DNA from: an uncultured Spirochaetales bacterium
GTDB lineage: Bacteria > Spirochaetota > Spirochaetia > Sphaerochaetales > Sphaerochaetaceae
Length of the DNA: 64,000 nt
Direction: 5' to 3'
Assembly: GCA_949283305.1 (NCBI GenBank)
Contig: CASDRU010000016.1
Span: 10,155-74,154 of the forward strand
Shown: in pieces, positions 36,786 to 45,024 of the stretch
Position numbering within the stretch: the stretch's first letter is position 1
Layout: every line of letters starts with the position of its first letter
Notes under the pieces: model-generated
The model's database searches: none
What the model was told of the DNA's origin: nothing
The model's input: the letters and a program-made list of their open reading frames with translations, nothing else
Program-made: the position numbers and the translations under genes

Positions 36786-38573
36786 TTACTTCACGCTGAT
36801 AGCAGAGAATTTACATGTGTCCTTACAGACACCGCACTTGATACATACCTGTGTATTGATGCTGTGAGGCTTCTTGAGCTCTCCTGAAATAGCACCGACA
36901 GGGCACTTTCTTGCACATGCTGTACATCCGATGCACTTTGACGGGTCAATCTGGTAGGAAATGAGCTTCTTACACTTTCCTGCAGGACACTTCTTGTCTT
37001 TAATATGTGCCTCATACTCCTCAGGGAAGTATTTGAGCGTTGAGAGAATCGGGTTAGGACTTGTCTGGCCAAGAGCGCAGAGGGAGCCTTTCTGCATTGC
37101 ATGGGCAATGGTGTAAAGCTGGTCAAGATCCTTATCTGTTGCCTTTCCTTGTGTGATCTTCTCAAGTATTGCATAAAGTGTCTTTCCTCCGATTCTGCAT
37201 GGAGCACACTTTCCGCAGGACTCATCGATTGTGAAGTTGAGGTAGAACTTGGCAACATCAACAATACAGTCATCCTCATCCATGACGATCATACCGCCGG
37301 AACCCATCATCGATCCGATTTTCATAAGAGATCCGAAATCAATAGGAGTGTCGAGGTTCTCCTCTGTGATGACTCCTCCTGAAGGACCTCCTGTCTGAAC
37401 GGCCTTGAATTTCTTTCCATGCGCGATTCCTCCGCCGATATCGAATACGATTTCTCTCAGCGTTGTTCCCATCGGGACTTCAACAAGGCCGGAGTTGCAT
37501 ACCTTTCCTGTCAGCGCGAAGACCTTGGTACCATGGCTGTCTGCCGTACCGATTGAAGCAAACCATGCTCCGCCCCTGACTATGATCTCAGGAATATTCG
37601 CCCATGTCTCAACATTGTTGATGACTGTCGGTTTTCCCCACAGTCCCTTTGTTGCCGGGAATGGCGGTCGCGGCATCGGCATTCCGCGGTGGCCTTCAAT
37701 TGACTGCAAGAGAGCAGTCTCCTCACCGCATACAAAAGCACCTGCTCCGAGCCTGATCTCGATATTGAAATCAAAACCGCTTCCAAGTATGTCCTTTCCA
37801 AGCAGGCCATACTCCCTTGCCTGGGCCATGGCAACTTCAAGGCGATGGATTGCAAGAGGATATTCTGCACGGATGTAGATATATCCGTTATGTGCACCGA
37901 TTGTCTTTCCGCAGATTGTCATCGCCTCAAGAACAGAATGCGGGTCTCCTTCGAGAGTGGACCTGTCCATGTATGCTCCCGGGTCTCCCTCATCGGCATT
38001 ACATACGACATATTTTTCATCCCCGTCTGCCTGCTTTGTGAAGTTCCACTTCATCCATGTCGGGAATCCGGCACCGCCGCGACCTCGCAGTCCTGCTGTC
38101 TTGAGCTCCTCAATCACATCATCTTCGCTCATGTCAAAAAGAACTTTCTCAAGAGCCTTATAGCCGTCGCGTGCGATGTACTCGTCAATATTCTCCGGAT
38201 CGATTATTCCGCAGTTCCTCAAAACGATTCTCTGCTGCTTCTGATAGAACTGGATATCCTCAACCTCTTCATACGGCTTTCTCACTGTATGTCCGTACTG
38301 GAGTCTTGCAATCTCCCTTCCCTTTATCACATGCTCGCTTATGATTTCTTTTGCATCTTCAGGTTTTACCTGTACATAGAAGCTGTCCTCTGGAAGGACC
38401 TTTACAATCGGGCCCTGCTCGCAGAAGCCAAAACATCCTGTCTTGATGACCTGGACCTGGTCAGCTACTCCCTGAGCCTTTGCCTCTTCAATGAGGTTCT
38501 TGTAAATCTGATCCGAGCGGGATGATTCACATCCGGTTCCGCCGCAGACCAGGATATAATTCTTGAAAGCCAT
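36786..38573 (-). CDS. hydB: NuoF-like flavoprotein subunit of the hydrogenase
   Basis: N-terminal thioredoxin-like 2Fe-2S domain, GRGGAGFPT FMN site, ESCGKCAPCR, and a C-terminal 2x[4Fe-4S] region. Confidence 0.95.
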   Translation of the reverse strand: MAFKNYILVCGGTGCESSRSDQIYKNLIEEAKAQGVADQVQVIKTGCFGFCEQGPIVKVLPEDSFYVQVKPEDAKEIISEHVIKGREIARLQYGHTVRKPYEEVEDIQFYQKQQRIVLRNCGIIDPENIDEYIARDGYKALEKVLFDMSEDDVIEELKTAGLRGRGGAGFPTWMKWNFTKQADGDEKYVVCNADEGDPGAYMDRSTLEGDPHSVLEAMTICGKTIGAHNGYIYIRAEYPLAIHRLEVAMAQAREYGLLGKDILGSGFDFNIEIRLGAGAFVCGEETALLQSIEGHRGMPMPRPPFPATKGLWGKPTVINNVETWANIPEIIVRGGAWFASIGTADSHGTKVFALTGKVCNSGLVEVPMGTTLREIVFDIGGGIAHGKKFKAVQTGGPSGGVITEENLDTPIDFGSLMKIGSMMGSGGMIVMDEDDCIVDVAKFYLNFTIDESCGKCAPCRIGGKTLYAILEKITQGKATDKDLDQLYTIAHAMQKGSLCALGQTSPNPILSTLKYFPEEYEAHIKDKKCPAGKCKKLISYQIDPSKCIGCTACARKCPVGAISGELKKPHSINTQVCIKCGVCKDTCKFSAISVK

Positions 38574-38581
38574 ATTACCTC

Positions 38582-38956
38582 CTACTCCTCATCCGGTGTC
38601 ACAGCAAGCTCATTTATAACAACACCGCCTTTCACTGTCTTCTCTACAATGTTCTTGCAGTCCGACTTCTTCACGTTTCCATATGTGACAAGACCAACTT
38701 TTGGGCTGTGGATCTGCACAACCGGCTCAGCACCTTTCTTGATGCTTCCTGCCTGTGTGATTATCACACCCTCGATATTCTGTCTTTCAATCTCGTCAGC
38801 AAGCTCATTCAAAATGACCTTTGCACCTTTCTCAATTCCGCTGGTACCCATTGAGACAATCACGTGGATTGCACGGTTATGGATATCGCGCTTCTTCATC
38901 TTTTCCTGTTCCCTGCTTCTTATCTCGTGCAGTTCTTCCAATGTCAGCTTAGCCAT
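38582..38956 (-). CDS. thioredoxin-like [2Fe-2S] ferredoxin-fold protein lacking the cluster cysteines
   Basis: 124 aa. It aligns by eye to the HydB N-terminal domain, but all four ligand positions are non-Cys. There is one Cys in the whole protein. Confidence 0.6.
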   Translation of the reverse strand: MAKLTLEELHEIRSREQEKMKKRDIHNRAIHVIVSMGTSGIEKGAKVILNELADEIERQNIEGVIITQAGSIKKGAEPVVQIHSPKVGLVTYGNVKKSDCKNIVEKTVKGGVVINELAVTPDEE

Positions 38957-39381
38957 CTCTTCTCCTCTTTTCTAATCAGCTCTTTTATCATCCCGATCTC
39001 TTTTGCGCTTTCAGCCCTTCTTTCCGTTGAATATGTGAAAGCGGTCTTGCCGTCTTTCATTATCACAAGCACAAGCTTTTCTGTGTAATTGAAGAGCGAG
39101 GCAACTGTCGGGGCTATGTCTCTCATGCTCTTATCGAGATCCAGGGTGAAGGAAACCAGGGTGCCTGGAGAGCAATCCTTCATTTCGAAGGAGGTGCTCA
39201 TTTCTTTCATCAGGACGATTCCCTTGCCTTCTCCCTTCTTCTCCACGCCTTTCTTCCCGTCATCAAGGACACTCACTTCAACAGAATCTCTTTTGTAGTC
39301 GAGTGTGAGATGCACATAAGACGAGAGAGCCTGGATACTGTTCTTCACAGCCTCAATCAGAGCATCAGAGCTTTCCATCAC
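38944..39381 (-). CDS. histidine-kinase-like ATPase (HATPase_c-like) small protein
   Basis: 145 aa with VLDDGKKG...GEGKGIVLMK resembling the D-box and G-box. Its position between hydC and hydB matches other bifurcating hydrogenase operons. Confidence 0.55.
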   Translation of the reverse strand: MMESSDALIEAVKNSIQALSSYVHLTLDYKRDSVEVSVLDDGKKGVEKKGEGKGIVLMKEMSTSFEMKDCSPGTLVSFTLDLDKSMRDIAPTVASLFNYTEKLVLVIMKDGKTAFTYSTERRAESAKEIGMIKELIRKEEKRWLS

Positions 39382-39842
39382 GCAAACTTGTCAAGGATTC
39401 CCGGTATCTGGTCCTTTGTGACCTTTCCAAAGACCTCTCCTGAGATTGTCATGACAGGAGCAAGTCCACAGCATCCAACACAGCGCACAGCCTCAAGAGA
39501 GAATCTTCCATCCTCTGTCAGACCACCGACTGTGAGACCGACCTGCTTCTCCAGCTCATCAATTATGATATCGCCTCCCTTCAGGTAGCATGCAGTTCCA
39601 AGACATACCTGTATATTGTATTTTCCCGGCTTGTTGAGCTTGAAAAAATGATAGAAGGTGACTACTCCCCAGATTGTGGCAAGAGGCACCCCGAGCTTGT
39701 CAGCAACCTCCTGTGCAGCCTCGCGGGAGATATATCCGAACTCCTGCTGCACCTTATGAAGAATCATGATGAGATTGCCTTTCTTTTCCTTCCACTGATC
39801 AATGAATGAATTCAGCTCATCTGAAAACAAATTCTGAGACAT
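39378..39842 (-). CDS. hydC: NuoE-like [2Fe-2S] subunit of the hydrogenase
   Basis: CLGTACYLKGG and CVGCCGLAP motifs. 154 aa. Confidence 0.92.
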   Translation of the reverse strand: MSQNLFSDELNSFIDQWKEKKGNLIMILHKVQQEFGYISREAAQEVADKLGVPLATIWGVVTFYHFFKLNKPGKYNIQVCLGTACYLKGGDIIIDELEKQVGLTVGGLTEDGRFSLEAVRCVGCCGLAPVMTISGEVFGKVTKDQIPGILDKFA

Positions 39843-39868
39843 TTATTTCTCCTTTTTGTAACAGAGTT

Positions 39869-39897
39869 ATTTTAGCTATTTTTTTATCGATAAGCAA
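39869..39897 (-). promoter_or_regulatory. candidate sigma70-type promoter of the hyd operon
   Basis: On the minus strand TTGCTT-17 nt-TAAAAT, about 27 nt upstream of the hydC ATG. Confidence 0.4.
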
Positions 39898-39932
39898 TAA
39901 AATTCACATTTACTTAATATAGAATATTAAGA

Positions 39933-39962
39933 TTGACTGAAAAGAGATGTTAATGTTATCAT
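39933..39962 (+). promoter_or_regulatory. candidate rex promoter
   Basis: TTGACT-18 nt-TATCAT. Confidence 0.4.
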
Positions 39963-39969
39963 ATTCACA
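39954..39969. promoter_or_regulatory. candidate Rex operator
   Basis: TGTTAT-CATA-TTCACA, compared with the published TGTGAA/TGTTAA-N4-TTCACA/TTAACA inverted-repeat consensus. It overlaps the -10 of the rex promoter. Confidence 0.45.
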
Positions 39970-39987
39970 TTAAAGGAGCAAAACATC

Positions 39988-40626
39988 ATGAATAGTGACA
40001 TGTTAGGTAGAATTACAAGATATTACAGGGCACTTAATCGCCTGAGATCCATAGGTTTAGAGAAAGTATTCGCACATAACCTTGCAGATGCCGCTGGAGT
40101 AAGTGCGGCAATTGTAAGAAAAGATTTCTCCCTTTTGTCCATTCATGGCCAGAAAAGAGGCGGATACGAGATAGAAGAGCTCATAAAGAAACTTGCACAG
40201 ATCCTTGGAAAAGGAGAGTCTGAGAATGTGATAATCATAGGATGCGGAAGGATTGGTAAAGCCCTCATGCACTACTCTGGATTCGAGCCGGATGGAATCC
40301 GCGTCGTTGCTGGCTTTGATTCCGACCCGCTTGTATATGCAGATGCATCAAATCCCATTCCTGTCTATCCGATGAGCAGGCTTGAAGAGGTGGTGGAAGC
40401 AATGAATGTCAAGGTCGCTATCATAACAGTGCCGGAAAATGCTGCAGCTGACTGCTACTCCCGCCTTGTCGAGACAAACATAGAAGGCATTTTGAACTTC
40501 ACTCCTGTAACGCTCAAGAGCAGGAACATAAACGGGAGCATGCGCCCTGTTGTCCACAACATAAACATCGCCCTGGAGCTTGAACAGATTTTCTATGAGA
40601 TACAGTTTCTTGGCAAGGAAGACTAA
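39988..40626 (+). CDS. rex: redox-sensing transcriptional repressor Rex
   Basis: N-terminal winged helix (RYYRALNRL...AAIVRKDFS) plus Rossmann motif IIIGCGRIGKAL. Confidence 0.92.
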   Translation: MNSDMLGRITRYYRALNRLRSIGLEKVFAHNLADAAGVSAAIVRKDFSLLSIHGQKRGGYEIEELIKKLAQILGKGESENVIIIGCGRIGKALMHYSGFEPDGIRVVAGFDSDPLVYADASNPIPVYPMSRLEEVVEAMNVKVAIITVPENAAADCYSRLVETNIEGILNFTPVTLKSRNINGSMRPVVHNINIALELEQIFYEIQFLGKED

Positions 40627-41360
40627 CTGATTTTTCTTATCCACGAAAAGAGGTACTGCTGCGACAGTGCCTCATATGGAGCAAAATAGCTCTTGTCCTT
40701 TCCCGGGTAATACTCATTCATCACTCTCTTCATCCATACATCGATGGGGAAAGCCTCCATCTTGTTGTATGCGAATATGAGTATGCAGGAAGCAACTTTT
40801 TCCCCTATTCCCTTTATTTTCATAAGCTCCTTCTCTGCTTCCTCAAAGCTCATTGAATAAAGGCTGTCAAGCACATCCGCATGCTTTATTGCATCAACGA
40901 TGAACGGTGCACGGAACCCGGTGCCAAGTCCTATCAGATCGCTCTCAGTTGCATCCTTCATCTCTTCAAGAGTCGGAAAGGTGTAATGATTCTCATCTAT
41001 CCGTTTTCCATAACGCCGTGAAATCCTCTCATAAAGTCCCGTTATCCTCTTTATGTTGTTTGCCTGAGAAAGTATGAAGGAAATGAGGGTCGTGAATGGG
41101 TCCTGCTTCAGGATCCTGAGCATTCCCACCTCATCCACAGCACGCCTGAGGATTTCATCCTTATTTCTTATCTCTCTGCCGGCAGCCTCCCAGTCATATG
41201 AGGTATTGAAATATGAAGACAGAAACTCATCCTGATAAAAATCCTCAGCTGTTTTTATTCTGTATACTCTGTCATTCAGAACAGCCGCATAGCACATATC
41301 TTCCTTGCGCCAGGAAAAGCTCTGCCCTCCAAATAACACTTCTTCCAAATTTTCGACCAT
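40623..41360 (-). CDS. ogg: 8-oxoguanine DNA glycosylase (OGG1-type HhH-GPD)
   Basis: GGQSFSW, HhH segment IKGIGEKVASCILIF, FPIDVWMKR. Confidence 0.8.
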   Translation of the reverse strand: MVENLEEVLFGGQSFSWRKEDMCYAAVLNDRVYRIKTAEDFYQDEFLSSYFNTSYDWEAAGREIRNKDEILRRAVDEVGMLRILKQDPFTTLISFILSQANNIKRITGLYERISRRYGKRIDENHYTFPTLEEMKDATESDLIGLGTGFRAPFIVDAIKHADVLDSLYSMSFEEAEKELMKIKGIGEKVASCILIFAYNKMEAFPIDVWMKRVMNEYYPGKDKSYFAPYEALSQQYLFSWIRKIS

Positions 41361-41363
41361 AGC

Positions 41364-42299
41364 CTAATTGTAGCGGAAGATGACCTTGACTGCCAGATGG
41401 TCAGAATATCCTGAGTCCGTCTTTATCTCATACTTTTGTGGCCTGCCAGAAGAATCGGTATAAGGAGGATTGTCATAAATCACAGTCCCCTGGTACTCAA
41501 GCATGCTGCCATCAAAGGCGTGGGACGTGAATATGATGTTGTCAAAGAAGTACCATTTGTCCTCATAACAATATGTGCCTGCATAGAAAGAAGAGACTGT
41601 CGGACAGAAAAAGACTGAAGAGGAGACATTCCCCTCATCTGCAGTCACATAAAGAGGAGAATCAAAACCGCTGGAAGGGATGCTTATAAGACTGCTCTTT
41701 CCCGCATCCTCATTAAAATCACCTGCGGCAATTGCCAGTGAATCAGAAGAAGAGAGAAGAAATGAGATATATTCAAAGAGTTCTCTTCTTTTTTCTTCCG
41801 CATCAGGGCCTCCGAGCCTGCTCGGAGCATGCAGGGCATAGACTGTGATGCTGTCACTTCTGAAATCAAGATTAACCTCAAGAACCGGTCTCATCTGCTC
41901 AAGGGAATGCACAGACACATCATTTACAGGTATTTTAGATATAAATGCAACCGAAATCGGAATATCTGTATCGATAAAACCATAATATTTATATCCGCTC
42001 TTGTATAACCCCGCGTTTATGAGATCAATAATGACCTTTTCCGATTCTATCTCCTCTAGAACTATAAGCGTTGCATCCATGCTCCTCAATGCAGAGGAAA
42101 TTAAAGAGATTCTTTTTCTGTATTTATTCTCATCATATCCCCCGTCCTTATTGAACGGGAAATACTCATCCCCATCGTCCGTGTCATCAAAAAGGAGATA
42201 CGCATTGTAAGTGAGAATTGAGAATGTACTGTCATCCAAAGAAGGCTGAGTGCAGGATACAGCAAGGAGAAAAAGAATGGCCAATACTGCAGTTTTCAT
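41364..42299 (-). CDS. endonuclease/exonuclease/phosphatase-family lipoprotein
   Basis: Lipobox LAVSC. EEP motifs LEEIES, AGDFN and SDHLAV. Confidence 0.75.
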   Translation of the reverse strand: MKTAVLAILFLLAVSCTQPSLDDSTFSILTYNAYLLFDDTDDGDEYFPFNKDGGYDENKYRKRISLISSALRSMDATLIVLEEIESEKVIIDLINAGLYKSGYKYYGFIDTDIPISVAFISKIPVNDVSVHSLEQMRPVLEVNLDFRSDSITVYALHAPSRLGGPDAEEKRRELFEYISFLLSSSDSLAIAAGDFNEDAGKSSLISIPSSGFDSPLYVTADEGNVSSSVFFCPTVSSFYAGTYCYEDKWYFFDNIIFTSHAFDGSMLEYQGTVIYDNPPYTDSSGRPQKYEIKTDSGYSDHLAVKVIFRYN

Positions 42300-42383
42300 G
42301 AAAGAAAAGAAAAACAGGTCCTGTTTTCAGACAAAAAAAGCTGATGATTGACCACCAGCTTTAGAGAATATTTGCTCTGGTTT

Positions 42384-42944
42384 TCAGATTTCGCTTCTGT
42401 TTGTCACTATTCTGCCTACAATGCCGTACTCCAGCGCCTCATTGCTTGTAAGCCAGTAATCGCGTTCAGTGTTCCTTGAAACCTCATCGCATGTCTTTCC
42501 TGTTGCCTCTGCAATCAGAGAATCAAGCGCGTTGCGTAGCTTTTCAATCTTTTCTGCCTGTATCGCAATATCAATTGCGACTCCCTTCATCTGAGAAAGA
42601 GGCTGATGAATCAGGTATGCGCTGTGCGGAAGTGAAAGACGGTGTGATTTATCAACAGAAAGATAAATAAGCGCTGCAGCACTAGCAACAAGTCCGCTTC
42701 CTACAACGAACACAGGGCTCTTGACGTATCTGATCATGTCATAGATGGCAAAGCCTGAGTATACATCGCCCCCGGGGCTGTTTATGTAGACATAAATCGG
42801 GGCATCTGAGATGCTGTCAAGGATCAGGATGTTTTTAATGAACCTGTCTGCCTGGTCCTTGTCTATTTCTCCCGAGATGAGAATGCTTCTTGTCTCAAGG
42901 AGCCTGTCCTCATTCTGATTTTTCTTCTCTTCTTTATTTTCCAT
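42384..42944 (-). CDS. clpP: ClpP-family protease subunit
   Basis: Ser (GLVASAAAL), His (LIHQP) and Asp (ERDYWLTSNEALEYG) all align to the catalytic triad. Start at MENKEE (42944). No clpX adjacent. Confidence 0.85.
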   Translation of the reverse strand: MENKEEKKNQNEDRLLETRSILISGEIDKDQADRFIKNILILDSISDAPIYVYINSPGGDVYSGFAIYDMIRYVKSPVFVVGSGLVASAAALIYLSVDKSHRLSLPHSAYLIHQPLSQMKGVAIDIAIQAEKIEKLRNALDSLIAEATGKTCDEVSRNTERDYWLTSNEALEYGIVGRIVTNRSEI

Positions 42945-43029
42945 GTAACTGAAAGTAACACAATAATGTGAAATAGGAAAGCCTGATGAACTGATTGAAG
43001 AAAAAAGCTTATCCAATTAGAGTATCAAT

Positions 43030-43917
43030 ATGAAAAGTATAAGCGTTTCAATAGTTGGCCGCCCGAGTAGCGGTAAAAGCACTCTTATAAACACAATATG
43101 CGAAATGAAGGTGTCGATAACCAGCCCGACTCCCCAGACAACACGCAACAAGATAAAAGGAATATACACGGACAGCAGAGGTCAGATTGTCTTTGTCGAC
43201 ACACCCGGCTTCCATCTGTCGGACAAAGAAGTGAACAGGAGGATGAGAGAAATAACAATTGAGAGTCTCTCTGAGTGCGATGTGCTGTTATATCTTCTGG
43301 ATGGGAAAAGAAGCGCAAAAAAAGAGGAGGAGACGCTTGCAGAGCTTGTAAGGAAAGTAAAGGTCCCTGTTGTTGCTGCAGTGAACAAGAAAGACATACT
43401 CTCAGAAGAGGAGATAAAGGACGCTGAATTTTTTATCAGGAAGACTCTGGATGTAGAGCCTTATTTCATATCTGCAAAGAATGACGAGGGTATTGATGAT
43501 CTTCTCATAAAGATTTTCTCACTGGGACCTGAGGGGGAACTGATGTATGATGAAAGCCAGTACACAGACCAGAATCTCGAGTTCAGAATCAGTGAGATCA
43601 TAAGAGAAAAGACGATAAATCTCTTAAAAGACGAGATGCCCCATGTGATCTTCGTTGAAATCGAGGACATAGAATACTCAGAAGAGGAAGACTCTGTGTG
43701 GATCCGCGCAGTAATAAACACTGAGCGCGAGGGGCAGAAAGGCATTGTTGTCGGAAAAGGCGGAGAAAACATAAAGAAAATAAGGAAAGAATCGTTTAAA
43801 GAGATAAAGAGGATATTTCCTAATTCAAAGCTTCAGCTTGACCTCAGAGTGAAGAGCCAGAGCAAGTGGAGAAACAATCAGGCAGTACTGGACAGGATTT
43901 TCAAAAAGAATTCCTGA
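43030..43917 (+). CDS. era: GTPase Era
   Basis: G1 GRPSSGKSTL, G3 DTPG, G4 NKKD, and a C-terminal KH domain. Confidence 0.93.
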   Translation: MKSISVSIVGRPSSGKSTLINTICEMKVSITSPTPQTTRNKIKGIYTDSRGQIVFVDTPGFHLSDKEVNRRMREITIESLSECDVLLYLLDGKRSAKKEEETLAELVRKVKVPVVAAVNKKDILSEEEIKDAEFFIRKTLDVEPYFISAKNDEGIDDLLIKIFSLGPEGELMYDESQYTDQNLEFRISEIIREKTINLLKDEMPHVIFVEIEDIEYSEEEDSVWIRAVINTEREGQKGIVVGKGGENIKKIRKESFKEIKRIFPNSKLQLDLRVKSQSKWRNNQAVLDRIFKKNS

Positions 43918-44431
43918 TGAACTTTGCCCAGGTGTGTTCTCCTGCTTTATTTTCTGCTTCACAAAGTGAGATGAAGTATGAGTCCATCCTTTTTTCAAGC
44001 TCGCTGTCAGAAGCTCCCTTCTTCATCATTGCCGATAGCTCATAAATTGCAATTCCTATTGCATGACGCGGCGTGTGGACTGTCGAATATCCCTGGGCAA
44101 GGGCGTGGAAAAGCGATGCATCATGCTTGTCTTCAATAATATTGGAAACCCGATGAAGAGCCAGAATATAAGGCTTTGCATCATGCATTTTTCTCTTTCC
44201 CTCAGCCCATTCATTTACAGCAATGTCTGCTTCAGGCAAGAGAGAATAATCATAAAGCCTTACTAAATATTCTGATATCCTCTTGCACTCATTAAGTGCA
44301 AAACATGTGACAACACAACGCTCAGAAGAATCTATTTTCTCAATCAAGGGAAGAAGAGAAATGCTGGTTTTGTTAAAGAGGATCTCTCTTTTTCTCTTCA
44401 TCCTCTGCCGTTCTGCTGTAAAATCCATCAT
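43901..44431 (-). CDS. hypothetical all-alpha protein (possibly Imm5-like, very tentative)
   Basis: 176 aa ORF with no motif I can name with confidence. Overlaps the era 3' end by 17 nt (convergent). Confidence 0.5.
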   Translation of the reverse strand: MMDFTAERQRMKRKREILFNKTSISLLPLIEKIDSSERCVVTCFALNECKRISEYLVRLYDYSLLPEADIAVNEWAEGKRKMHDAKPYILALHRVSNIIEDKHDASLFHALAQGYSTVHTPRHAIGIAIYELSAMMKKGASDSELEKRMDSYFISLCEAENKAGEHTWAKFIRNSF

Positions 44432-44976
44432 CTTATGAAATTTGTTCTCACTCTCTTTTCTCTCTCAGGCAGTGCAAGGGAAGCCTTCTTTATGCTCTCT
44501 GAGATATATACCATGTTGCGTGCAAGTGTTCTCAGGCTCTGCAGTCCCTCCTCATCACGCTCGACTTCAGATGGAGCAGATCCATGCACCTCGTTCCAGT
44601 AAAAGGATGATGCGACAATCATCTCGGAAATCGTGAAGTACATGTTCAGGCGCTCAAATGCGCTTGTGCTTCCTGCTCTTCTTGATGAGACAACGGCAGC
44701 ACCTACTTTGAGACGAGGTGTGCAGCGGTTGAAGATCTCATCATAGAAATAGCAGGCAAGGCCGGTTGCTGATGCATAATAAACAGGGGAAGAAAGCACA
44801 ATGGCATCTGCTTCCTTCACTTTCTCAACAGCATCCAGAATATCTTTTTTATCAAAAGACGCCTGGATTATCTGGGACTCGACACCCAGCTCATCAAATA
44901 CCCTCACCATCTCAAGAAGCGCGCGGTGTGTGCATCCGTTTGCCTTCGGAGAACCGTTAAAAAGAACTACTTTCAT
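44428..44976 (-). CDS. NADPH-dependent FMN reductase / flavodoxin-like protein
   Basis: MKVVLFNGSPKANGCT N-terminus. Start at 44976 with AGGAGG upstream. Confidence 0.75.
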   Translation of the reverse strand: MKVVLFNGSPKANGCTHRALLEMVRVFDELGVESQIIQASFDKKDILDAVEKVKEADAIVLSSPVYYASATGLACYFYDEIFNRCTPRLKVGAAVVSSRRAGSTSAFERLNMYFTISEMIVASSFYWNEVHGSAPSEVERDEEGLQSLRTLARNMVYISESIKKASLALPEREKRVRTNFIR

Positions 44977-45024
44977 GTCTTCCTCCTGAAAAAAAATCCG
45001 CCAAAAATCTGGCGGAATCAGCAA

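Noticed and set aside
35284-38525. Several 100-226 aa ORFs on the plus strand inside hydA/hydB (for example 35284-35844, 37405-37878, 37845-38525)
   Set aside because: All are antisense to hydrogenase subunits that carry unambiguous motifs. They have no start context and no recognisable domains.
39898-39907. Second Rex site next to the hyd -35
   Set aside because: Only the TTCACA half is present. The expected partner half 4 nt upstream reads AGCAAT, so it was not called as an operator.
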